From contig CAXUEN010000001.1 in the NCBI GenBank assembly GCA_964249945.1, positions 309 through 40,558 on the forward strand: a DNA stretch of 40,250 bases. Direction: 5' to 3'. Made by a program: the position numbers and the translations under genes. How positions within the stretch are numbered: the stretch's first letter is position 1; each line of letters begins with the position of its first letter. This document shows, one piece after another, positions 1 through 8,392 of this stretch. The notes below the pieces were generated by a model. That model was not told where the DNA came from. It was given only the letters and a program-made list of their open reading frames with translations, and did no database searches. The stretch is from an uncultured Caulobacteraceae bacterium. GTDB lineage: Bacteria; Pseudomonadota; Alphaproteobacteria; Caulobacterales; Caulobacteraceae.

Positions 1-50
1 CGGAGGGCCTGGCCGCCCACATGGTCACCAAGGCCGTCCACCTGATGTAG
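1..50 (+). CDS. 3' end of probable NAD-dependent aldehyde dehydrogenase (partial)
   Basis: Frame from base 3 reads EGLAAHMVTKAVHLM*, which resembles the ALDH C-terminal EGLxxYxxxK motif. Only 15 codons are visible. Confidence 0.55.
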   Translation, partial: EGLAAHMVTKAVHLM

Positions 51-161
51 CCAGCCGGTATGGGCGGGTCCGCGTTCGGCATCGGAGCCCGCGCGGACCC
101 GCCTCCTATAGACGCCGGACGCCTTGGAGGCTCCGGCCCACGAAGGTCCGAAGGAAAACGC

Positions 162-1847
162 ATGGCTGAAGGTTCAAGGGGGATCCAGGCGCGCACGGCG
201 GCGCGCATTCTGGTGGACCAGCTGGTCGTCCAGGGGGTGGAGCGGGCGACCTGCGTGCCGGGGGAGAGCTATCTCTCCGTGCTCGACGCGCTGATCGACA
301 GCGGTGTCGACCTGCTCACCTGCCGGGCCGAGGGCGGCGCGGCGATGATGGCGGAGGCCTACGGCAAGCTGACCGGGCGGCCGGGGGTGTGCTTCGTCAC
401 CCGTGGCCCAGGCGCCACCAACGCCTCGCCCGGCCTGCACATCGCCATGCAGGACTCCACGCCCCTGATCCTGTTCGTTGGCCAGGTGGAGCGCGGCATG
501 CGCGGCCGCGAGGCCTTCCAGGAGCTGGACTATCCCCAGGCCTTCGCGGGTGTCTCGAAATGGTCGGTGGAGATCGACCGGGCCGAGCGCGTGCCCGAGA
601 TCGTGGCGCGGGCCTTCCGCGTCGCCCTGCAGAGCCGCCCCGGACCGGTGGTGGTCGCCCTGCCCGAGGACATGCTGGACGAGGTGGCGAGCGTGGCCGA
701 CGCGCCGCGGGTGCAGGCCTCGGCGCCCGCGCCCGCGGCGTCTGACATGGAGAGGCTGCAGGCGCTGCTGGCTGGCGCGTCGCGGCCGCTTGCTATCGTC
801 GGCGGCTCGCGCTGGTCGGCTGAGTCCTGTGCGGCCATGGCGGCGTTCGCCAAGCGTCTGGACCTGCCCGTGGCCGCAGCCTTCCGCAGGGGGCACCTGT
901 TCGCAGCCACCGACGAGCGTTTCGTAGGCGACCTCGGCATCGGCCCCAACCCCGAGCTGGCCGAGTACGTCCGCGGCGCCGACCTCGTGCTGCTGCTGGG
1001 CGGGCGGATGTCGGAGGTCGCGTCCTCCGCCTACACCCTGCTCGACATCCCAGCACCCCGCCCGGCTCTGGTCCACGTCCATCCCGATCCGCTGGAACTT
1101 GGACGGGTCTACCAGCCGGCGCTGGCCATCGAGGCCACGCCCGCGACCTTCCTGGCCGCCGCCGCCGGCCTGGAGGTCCAGGGCGGCTGGGGAGGGGAGC
1201 GGGCGCGGCTGCGGCGGAGCTACCGCGCCTGGTCCGACACGCCCGCGCCCCTGCCGGGCGCGTTCCAGTACGGCGAGGTGGTGGCGTGGCTCCGCGAGCG
1301 GCTGCCGGCCGACGCGATCCTCTGCAACGGCGCAGGCAACTTCGCCGGCTGGATCCACCGCTACTACCGCTTTCGGGCCTTTGCGACCCAGCTCGCCCCC
1401 ACCAGCGGCTCCATGGGCTACGGCGTGCCGGCCGGGGTGATGGCCAAACGCCAGCACCCGGAACGGATCGTGGTGACCGTGGCCGGCGACGGCGACTTCC
1501 TGATGAACGGCCAGGAGTTCGCCACCGCCGTCCACCACCAAATCCCCTTCGTCGCCGTGGTGATCGACAACGGCATCTACGGCACCATCCGCATGCACCA
1601 GGAGCAGCGCTTTCCCGGCCGTGTGTCGGCGACCACTCTGACCAGCCCGGACTTCGCAGCCCTGGCCCGCGCCTACGGCGGCTACGGCGAGACGGTGCGC
1701 AGAACCGAAGAGTTCGCGCCGGCTTTCGAGCGGGCCCTCGCCGCCGGCCGCCCGGCGCTGGTGCACTGCCACCTCGATCCCCAGGCCATCACCCCCACCG
1801 CCACCCTCGACGGCCTCCGGGCCAAGGCCGGCCGGAGACCTTCGTGA
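162..1847 (+). CDS. Thiamine pyrophosphate-binding protein (acetolactate synthase-like)
   Basis: Motifs CVPGESYL, EGGAAMMAEA, TRGPGATN, GSMGYG and the TPP motif GDGDF...DNG. ATG at 162 follows AAGGAAAA, so the ORF-track start at 60 is probably too long. Confidence 0.92.
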   Translation: MAEGSRGIQARTAARILVDQLVVQGVERATCVPGESYLSVLDALIDSGVDLLTCRAEGGAAMMAEAYGKLTGRPGVCFVTRGPGATNASPGLHIAMQDSTPLILFVGQVERGMRGREAFQELDYPQAFAGVSKWSVEIDRAERVPEIVARAFRVALQSRPGPVVVALPEDMLDEVASVADAPRVQASAPAPAASDMERLQALLAGASRPLAIVGGSRWSAESCAAMAAFAKRLDLPVAAAFRRGHLFAATDERFVGDLGIGPNPELAEYVRGADLVLLLGGRMSEVASSAYTLLDIPAPRPALVHVHPDPLELGRVYQPALAIEATPATFLAAAAGLEVQGGWGGERARLRRSYRAWSDTPAPLPGAFQYGEVVAWLRERLPADAILCNGAGNFAGWIHRYYRFRAFATQLAPTSGSMGYGVPAGVMAKRQHPERIVVTVAGDGDFLMNGQEFATAVHHQIPFVAVVIDNGIYGTIRMHQEQRFPGRVSATTLTSPDFAALARAYGGYGETVRRTEEFAPAFERALAAGRPALVHCHLDPQAITPTATLDGLRAKAGRRPS

Positions 1848-2010
1848 GGGTCGGGAAGCGGCTGGACGGCAAGGTCGTCGCCGGCGCGGGCGCAGGCCTC
1901 GGGCGCGCCATCGCCGTGCTCGCCGCCGACCAGGGCGCCCAGGGGGCGGTCGACGACACCGGTGCGTCCGTCAGCGGCGAAGGCGGCTCGGCCACGCCTG
2001 CGGAGGCGAC
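1844..2010 (+). pseudogene. Degenerate N-terminal fragment of an SDR oxidoreductase
   Basis: GTG overlapping the upstream stop reads VRVGKRLDGKVVAGAGAGLGRAIAVLAADQGAQGAVDDTGASVSGEGGSATPAE. This is an SDR Rossmann start missing the LVT before GAGxGxG, with no catalytic part. Confidence 0.65.
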
Positions 2011-2077
2011 GGCGACGACCCTTCGTACGACGGACGGGGCGCGCGTCCGTGGGAAAGCTGCCGAGGAGGTCCGCAGC

Positions 2078-2968
2078 ATGTCTTCCGTCTCTTCAATGCG
2101 GGCACGCCTGAGCGGCTCCCCGTGGCTGCCCGTCGCCACGCTCGTGGCCGCCATGCTGTCGTTTCAGTTCGGTGCGTCCATGGCGAAGCGCCTGTTCCCG
2201 AGTGTTGGAGCCGAGGGAGCGACTGCGCTCCGGATCAGCTGGGCCGCACTGATGCTCGCTCCAATTTTCCGACCGTGGCGAGTCCAGGTGACACGCCGGA
2301 CGCTGCCGCCACTCCTCGGGTACGGCGTCTCGCTCGGTTGCATGAACCTCCTCTTCTACATGGCGCTTCGAACCGTGCCGCTGGGCATGGCCGTGGCGTT
2401 GGAATTCATCGGGCCCCTGGCTGTCGCCGTGGCGGGATCGCGGCGTTGGCGTGAGTTCGCTTGCGTAGGGCTGGCCCTCGTAGGTCTGTCACTGCTCCTG
2501 CCCATTGGGCGCGCAGCCGCCGCAGTCGATACGAAGGGCGCTCTCTTCGCACTTGGGGCCGGCGGCTGTTGGGCGCTCTACATAGTCTTCGGCCAAATGG
2601 CCGGGCGAGCGCACGGGCCGGCGACGGCTGCATTCGGGATGGTGATCGCTACGCTTGTCGTCCTGCCTGTCGGGATCCTACACGCCGGACCGGCCCTCTT
2701 CGCCCCAGGCCTGGTCGCGACGGGAATCCTGGTCGCCGGCTTTTCCAGTGCTTTGCCATACTCGCTGGAGATGGTGACCCTGACCCGTCTGCCCGCTCGA
2801 ACCTATGGCGTGCTGACTAGCATGGAGCCTGCAAGCGGAGCGCTGATGGGTCTGATCTTCTTGCATGAACGGCTAGGTGCACGCCAGCTTCTGGCTGTGC
2901 TCGCCGTGATGCTCGCCTCGATCTGGGCTACGCTTTCCACGCGTCGAAGCTTTGTCCCACCCGAATAG
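2078..2968 (+). CDS. rhtA: EamA/DMT transporter, RhtA-like threonine/homoserine exporter
   Basis: Motifs QFGASMAKRLFP, MNLLFYMAL, PLGMAVALEFIGPL, SSALPYSLEM and SMEPA; about 10 hydrophobic segments; GAGGAGG RBS before ATG 2078. Confidence 0.88.
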   Translation: MSSVSSMRARLSGSPWLPVATLVAAMLSFQFGASMAKRLFPSVGAEGATALRISWAALMLAPIFRPWRVQVTRRTLPPLLGYGVSLGCMNLLFYMALRTVPLGMAVALEFIGPLAVAVAGSRRWREFACVGLALVGLSLLLPIGRAAAAVDTKGALFALGAGGCWALYIVFGQMAGRAHGPATAAFGMVIATLVVLPVGILHAGPALFAPGLVATGILVAGFSSALPYSLEMVTLTRLPARTYGVLTSMEPASGALMGLIFLHERLGARQLLAVLAVMLASIWATLSTRRSFVPPE

Positions 2969-3019
2969 CCATGCCGGCAGTTTGGTCCGACCCCGCGAAG
3001 TGCGCTTCGGTCATGACGG

Positions 3020-3268
3020 TCAGACCTCGTCCCATGGCGGCGGGAGCCGTCCCGACTTGAACAGCACGGCCGGGTTCTCGTCGTAATCGCCCATCTCCGT
3101 ATCCGCCGAAACACTGTAGGCGATCACGCCTTCGCGGGCCGGCGCCAGCCGTTCGGCCTTGCGGGCGGCCTCGGCGGCGTCCTTGCACCCGATCGGCTGC
3201 TCCGCCTTCAGGCCCTTTCCCCGTCCCACGACGTAGGCCTGTACGATGTGGACGGTCTCACGGGGCAT
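3020..3268 (-). CDS. Small hypothetical protein (MPRETVHIVQAY...)
   Basis: Compact ORF with natural composition and high-GC3 codons; ATG at 3268. Confidence 0.7.
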   Translation of the reverse strand: MPRETVHIVQAYVVGRGKGLKAEQPIGCKDAAEAARKAERLAPAREGVIAYSVSADTEMGDYDENPAVLFKSGRLPPPWDEV

Positions 3269-3506
3269 GGGCGGGCTTGTAGCCGCCCGGCGCAACAGGG
3301 GATACGCCGCTGTAAAGCGCTCGTGCGAAATCGCCGTCTTGGGGGGCGACCGCCGTGCGGGCCCGGTCGGGTCGCGCGCGGGTTGACTGGGGAAATGCGA
3401 CGGTCACGTCTTCGGCCGGCCCTTCAAGCGGCGTGAACAGTCGCAAGGCCGTTTCCCTATGCACAGGCGTCAGGCGTTCGCCTAAGTTGCGCAAGGTTGG
3501 CCGTCT

Positions 3507-3917
3507 TCAGGGAACGGGGGTCTCCCTAGGTGCGCCGCCGTTTATGGATCCCGGATTGAGCGGCGAATTCATCTGAGGTTGGCTGAGGCCGATGGCGGAG
3601 GGCTTGGTCAGACTCCAGGCCGTCTTCTTCTCATTCCAGCACTCGGCGAACCCGGGGTCCGGCTGCGTCGAGGGCTCGTCGGCATAGCTGCGGCAGGGCG
3701 GCTGCAGGTCGGCGACGCCCAGGTCGGCGCCATCCGCTTCAACGGTCCGCCCGCCGTCCAGACGGAGATCGGGGAAGCCGATCGGTTGCGCCGGCTCCAC
3801 CGGGCCCGTTACAGGCGGCAGATCGCGGCCGCCGGACGGGGGCGTGGTCACTGGCCCGGGGAGCGCGACGGCAAGAGCAGCTGCGGCCGATAGGAACACT
3901 TGGATATGGAAGCTCAT
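3507..3917 (-). CDS. Hypothetical secreted Pro-rich protein
   Basis: Signal-peptide-like N-terminus, GGAGAGGAG RBS and two Cys. Confidence 0.65.
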   Translation of the reverse strand: MSFHIQVFLSAAAALAVALPGPVTTPPSGGRDLPPVTGPVEPAQPIGFPDLRLDGGRTVEADGADLGVADLQPPCRSYADEPSTQPDPGFAECWNEKKTAWSLTKPSAIGLSQPQMNSPLNPGSINGGAPRETPVP

Positions 3918-3971
3918 CGGTGATCTCCTCTCCAGCAGGGCCTGTTGGTCTGCAGGCCGGTCCTGGCTTCT

Positions 3972-4229
3972 CTAGTCGGGCTTCAAGCCGACGGTCGAGT
4001 CCAAGTCCTCATGGCCGGTCTGACCGGACGATGGTCTCGCGGCCTGGGTGATCGCGCGTTCGACCGACACGCACCGTCCGGGGTTCGAGACCGACCGTGC
4101 AGACGGTGCATCGGCATAGGGCTGACAATGATCGTAGGACTGGGAGCGTTCGGACGCCGCGATCTTTCGCCCGACGGCGCAGCTGCCCGCCGGCTGGCTG
4201 AGCAGGAGGAGCAGGAGGGCCTTCGTCAC
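3972..4229 (-). CDS. Small hypothetical secreted protein
   Basis: GTG start with a Leu-rich N-terminus; shares a CxxYADxPS..C motif with the 3507-3917 protein. Confidence 0.45.
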   Translation of the reverse strand: MTKALLLLLLSQPAGSCAVGRKIAASERSQSYDHCQPYADAPSARSVSNPGRCVSVERAITQAARPSSGQTGHEDLDSTVGLKPD

Positions 4230-4326
4230 GTTTGGCGCCTGTCGATAAAAGGGACACGGCGACAGAAAGAACGGACCGCTTCGCCCTCAAAAGATCAGCA
4301 GGACCGGGAATCTCCACCGCGAGGCC

Positions 4327-5412
4327 CTACCTGTGGTCGCGTGCGGCGAAATGCGGACCGTCAAGGCCGCCCGAAGGCCGGACGGTCTTGTACGGCGCAT
4401 CGGCTACGCCCGGCGGGTGCGCCAGGGCGCTCGCGCCAGCGGCCGGTCCGGCCGGGAACGGCCATCCCACCAGCGGCGCCGAAGCGATTGCAACAGGCAG
4501 GATCGACGCCGGAGCCGGCGCGGGCTCGGCGGCGGCGACCACAGGTGCGGCGGCCTCGATCAGGTCTGGGGACCCGGCTGCGCCCTTATCGAGAAGATGG
4601 GGGACCGCTGGGCCATCCGGGTGCAGCCCGATCGCAACCGGCGCGCCGCCGCCCGACCATCGATAGAAGATGTGGGCGCCGAGGCGGCCCCACTTCGTCA
4701 GCCCCGCGCCCCAGTAAGGCGTGACCCATACCGTATGGTAGTGGGTGGCGTGGCCGATCGCCTTCATCACCTCCCCGTCGAGGGCTGCATCGGCGACCGC
4801 TTGCGCCCTCAGCCAGGGCGCAGGTGAGGGCGGCCGGTCGAGCGAACCGTCGCAGGTGAAGCTGAACTGGCACCCCGTGCGAAGCCCGGAGCCTTCGAAG
4901 ACGACGTCGCAGACCGTCTTGGGAAACCGCCGGTCGCGGACGCGGTTGAGCACGACCTGGGCCACCGCCTTCTGGCCTTCGAGGCTTTCCGACGCCGCTT
5001 CGTAGTAGACCGCCTGGGCCAAGCAATGGCGGGACATGCCCCCGTCCACAGGCGCGGCCGTGGACAGATAGAACGGGCGCGCCGGGGTGTCGGCGATCTT
5101 GGAGTCGGGTATCGCGGCGTTCTTCAGATAGGCGTCCTCAGGCGAAAGCTTCAGGAACTGCAGGACGGGCGCGGGGCGAAGGCTGGCCTGCTCGCCGCCC
5201 GCGGTCGGCGGCGGGGACCCGTGGCCGGGCGCAGAGATCCGGGGGCTACGGCCTGGCGCAGGCGCGGTGTCGCGGGCGAGCTGAACACCCTCGACCAGGG
5301 CGGCTCCGGCGAGCACAGCCGCCAGCAGCGCCGCAAGCAGGCGAGCGGGGGATGGCCGCGACTGCGGAGCGAGCGCAATCCGCTGGTCGATTGTCCGGAA
5401 CGCGACCGGCAT
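4327..5412 (-). CDS. Cell wall hydrolase, SleB/Hydrolase_2 family
   Basis: Motifs CLAQAVYYEA..E...GQKAVAQVVLNRV, CQFSFTCDG, ATHYH...V.PYW and HIFY; N-terminal TM anchor. Confidence 0.92.
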   Translation of the reverse strand: MPVAFRTIDQRIALAPQSRPSPARLLAALLAAVLAGAALVEGVQLARDTAPAPGRSPRISAPGHGSPPPTAGGEQASLRPAPVLQFLKLSPEDAYLKNAAIPDSKIADTPARPFYLSTAAPVDGGMSRHCLAQAVYYEAASESLEGQKAVAQVVLNRVRDRRFPKTVCDVVFEGSGLRTGCQFSFTCDGSLDRPPSPAPWLRAQAVADAALDGEVMKAIGHATHYHTVWVTPYWGAGLTKWGRLGAHIFYRWSGGGAPVAIGLHPDGPAVPHLLDKGAAGSPDLIEAAAPVVAAAEPAPAPASILPVAIASAPLVGWPFPAGPAAGASALAHPPGVADAPYKTVRPSGGLDGPHFAARDHR

Positions 5413-5770
5413 TGCTATCCATCGGCATCGACGCGTCGATATTGCAGCGCGGCTCTATACTCGTGCGCCCGCACGCAGCGTACACCTCCATTTGGTGTCT
5501 CCGATGACGTTCGTGCGGAGTGACGCAATAAAAGTGGAGAGTTTTATTCTATAATTGTCAGAGGATCTCTTTAGTACCAGATGCTCGTCGTGATCGGCAT
5601 CATATCAATCAGCTAGGCAGGACATAACTTTGATGAAGGGCGTGCAATGGCGTTCTTGCGACGGCTCTACGCTTCCATAGAGACTTCGCTACAGCGTTTG
5701 GCTATGCGGCGCCTGGCTGCGACACTGACGGCTTCTAGCGTCCGCTGGAAAGTCGCTGTAGCGTCGCACG

Positions 5771-5968
5771 ATGGACGACGAAGCCCTTCGTACCCATCAC
5801 GTGATTGCAGCCCTCGTCATCGGGGCGGGCTTCGCAGCCATGAGCGTGATCGCATCTCCGGTCAGGCGGTTGCGCCAGGCGCTCTCTAGCGTGAACTTCG
5901 CCGGCGGCCGCTCCGGCCCCGACCATGGCGGGCGAATTCTTCACCGCATGGACGAACCCCTAGCCTGA
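5771..5968 (+). CDS. Small putative membrane protein
   Basis: 65 aa with one hydrophobic helix followed by basic residues, downstream of an AT-rich intergenic region. Confidence 0.35.
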   Translation: MDDEALRTHHVIAALVIGAGFAAMSVIASPVRRLRQALSSVNFAGGRSGPDHGGRILHRMDEPLA

Positions 5969-6050
5969 TCACGCGTCCAGTCCGGTGCGCCAAGGCGATC
6001 ATCTGGTCCTACCGGCGCGTGCGGGCAGCCCCTGGCGCGGGTCCGGCCGA

Positions 6051-7178
6051 TCAGGCGTTGGTGATGCCGATATATCTGATCGTCGTGTCCGCGCCGGTGT
6101 TGGAGGCGGTCAGAGAGCCTAGGCGCGCGCCGGTCGCCGAGCGCACGACCAGGCTGATGTTGTAGTTGCTGCACTCTTCCAGCTGCACCAGATCGGTCAT
6201 GGAGGAGCCAGGGATCGTGTCCCAGACCTCGCCCTTGACCGTCAGCCCCTTGCAGCGGATGGCGCGCAGGAACTGGCCCTGCAGGCGGCCCCGCAGCGTC
6301 AGGCCGGTGAGCGTGACGTTGCTGACGTCGGTCAGATAGGCCGTTGGCCCGGCCAGGGTCGCCGCTCCGAAATCCAGGTCCGCATTGGTGATGGTGATGT
6401 CGTCGATGCTGCACCCCTGCGCCACGCCCACATTCTCCATCATCAGCGGACACCCGGTCGGCCCCTGGGTGATCTTGCCTGTGATGTTGGAGAGCTGGAT
6501 GTTGGTGATCCGCGCCACGCCTGTGGTGGTGCTGGTGTAGAACTTGATGCAGGAGAAGGCGTCGCTGTTCAGCGTCAGCCCGGTCAGGCTGATCCGCTGC
6601 ATCAGCGCGTTGGTGGACTCGCTGTTCTCGCTCGTGAACGACAGCGCGTCGTCCCCGCTAGAGACGTTGATGGAGGAGCCGGTGACCTGTGAGCAGGCGC
6701 CGAAGAAGTGCAGGCCGTCCGCGCCCGGCATGTTGGCGCCGCTGAAGAGTTTCAGGCCGTTCAGCACGCCTCGGGTGGAGTTCTTCACCTCCATGCCGAA
6801 GCCCGTCAGGGGGCCGTCCGTCTCCACCGCATAGACGTTGAAGCCGTCGGTCGCCACCATCCCCAGCCCCTTACGGGTGGCTCCGTTCGGAGCGGAGGCG
6901 GAGCCGACGAAGGCCCCGCCCTGGCCCTCGACGGTCACGTTGCTGAGCCGGCCTGTGGTCCGGTTGGTCAGGCAATACAGCGTGCCGACCAGGGGACCAT
7001 GATCGTTGTACAGGTCGCCCTGAAGATAGATGCGGGCGTTGCTGCTGTAGCCGAGGCCCGTGCTTAGCAGCCTGTAGCCTCCAGGCTTTATGGTCACCGA
7101 TTTCTTGGACGCCGCGGCTGCGTCGAGCAGGGCCTGCAACGCCGCGGTCTGGTCTACCGAACCCATGGGGTAGGTCAT
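6051..7178 (-). CDS. Right-handed beta-helix protein, pectin-lyase fold / GH28-like (copy A)
   Basis: N-terminal D-x-T-A-A-L-Q-A-x-x-D...P-G-G-Y cap; GADG and SGDD acidic motifs; CIK motif; alternating beta-coil pattern. Confidence 0.8.
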   Translation of the reverse strand: MTYPMGSVDQTAALQALLDAAAASKKSVTIKPGGYRLLSTGLGYSSNARIYLQGDLYNDHGPLVGTLYCLTNRTTGRLSNVTVEGQGGAFVGSASAPNGATRKGLGMVATDGFNVYAVETDGPLTGFGMEVKNSTRGVLNGLKLFSGANMPGADGLHFFGACSQVTGSSINVSSGDDALSFTSENSESTNALMQRISLTGLTLNSDAFSCIKFYTSTTTGVARITNIQLSNITGKITQGPTGCPLMMENVGVAQGCSIDDITITNADLDFGAATLAGPTAYLTDVSNVTLTGLTLRGRLQGQFLRAIRCKGLTVKGEVWDTIPGSSMTDLVQLEECSNYNISLVVRSATGARLGSLTASNTGADTTIRYIGITNA

Positions 7179-7337
7179 CGGCTACGCTTTTACTGGCGCC
7201 CGGATAAGACCCGGGCCTGAACAGGGTCGCAGGCCCTTTCGGTAAACCAATGCGACACAAAGCCACCTTATGAATGTTTCCCGCAGCCGCGAGCTTCGGG
7301 CGGGGCGTCATTTGTTGGTGACAAAGTGCGTACAGAC

Positions 7338-8291
7338 ATGATGACGAGCGAAGATCGCCGCATCTTCCTCCGGCTCGTCGCCGGCTTTGCGACGATGGCC
7401 GGCGGAGCATCGCTCGCCGGCTGCAGCGGGCAGCCGATCGCCAGCGCCACGGCCTCTGCACAGGCCACCGCAACCTCGACGTCTACCGCCGTCGTCTCTT
7501 CCGGCGCCGCGGTGAGCGCAGGGGATGCGCCTATCGTGAACTTTGCTTTGAACTTGCAGTATCTCGCCGCCCAGTTCTATGCCCACGCCAGCACCAACGC
7601 CGGCCTTTCGGCTTCCGTGCTCACCGGAGTAGGCGGGCAGGGCGCCTCGACCGCGAACGGCCTTCAGCTGCTGAACGCCGCCCCGGCCGTCGCCCGCTAC
7701 GCGTCGGAGGTCGCGACAGACAAGGCTAGCCGCCTCACCGAGGTCCGCACGGCGCTGTCGAGCGCCGCGGTCGGCCAGCCGGCGCTGGATCTTTCGGCCA
7801 GCGTAGGTGCGGCCACCGCGGGAGGGGCCCAGACAACGGTCGCGGCCATGGTGGGGGCGGCCGCCAGCGCCTTCAGCAGCGACCAAGCCTTCCTATCCGC
7901 CGCCCTGCTGTTTGAAGATGTGAGCGCCGCCACATTCCGGAACGCCCTCGCCCAGGTCACGAGCCCCTCCGCCCAGACCCTCCTGACCGACCTGCTGGCG
8001 GATTCGACCTATCACGCCGGTCTGCTGCGTTCAGCGCTGGTTGCGGAAGGCGCGTCCGACGCGAGCCTGAAGACCCTGTCGACCCTGCGCCAGAGCCTCG
8101 ACGGCGTCGGTCCGCCGGAGACCGACGACGTCACCGACGGGCAGGACATCGTCACCAGCAACGGCTACGCCGTCGCCTTCACCCGCAGCCCGGCCCAGGC
8201 GCTGAACGTCCTCTATCTGAACCCGGCGGCGGCCACGGCGGGAGGTTTCTTCCCGCAAAGCCTGAACGGCGCCATCCGCCTCGCGGCCTGA
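7338..8291 (+). CDS. Ferritin-like domain protein (Ferritin_2 / desiccation-related PCC13-62-like), Tat lipoprotein
   Basis: DRRIFL twin-Arg motif and LAGC lipobox; family motifs NFALNLQYL..QFY, FEDV, YHAG, F.R.P.Q.LN..Y and GGFFP..LNG.I. Confidence 0.82.
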   Translation: MMTSEDRRIFLRLVAGFATMAGGASLAGCSGQPIASATASAQATATSTSTAVVSSGAAVSAGDAPIVNFALNLQYLAAQFYAHASTNAGLSASVLTGVGGQGASTANGLQLLNAAPAVARYASEVATDKASRLTEVRTALSSAAVGQPALDLSASVGAATAGGAQTTVAAMVGAAASAFSSDQAFLSAALLFEDVSAATFRNALAQVTSPSAQTLLTDLLADSTYHAGLLRSALVAEGASDASLKTLSTLRQSLDGVGPPETDDVTDGQDIVTSNGYAVAFTRSPAQALNVLYLNPAAATAGGFFPQSLNGAIRLAA

Positions 8292-8392
8292 CCCCGCCGC
8301 TTTGGCGGACCGCCGGCCGGAGGAGAGGCGGCGAGCCTCAGGCGCCATCATTTGTGATGCTGGGGCTGATCCGGGCATGCGCATAGGTCGTC

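Noticed and set aside
1286-2077. 560-aa ORF as a single long EamA fusion
   Set aside because: The 5' part overlaps the TPP gene out of frame and is junk; only the SDR relic and rhtA are meaningful.
5427-5440. 14-bp palindrome ATCGACGCGTCGAT upstream of the SleB-like gene
   Set aside because: Single copy made of very common words (TCGA, CGCG) in this genome type; no supporting context.
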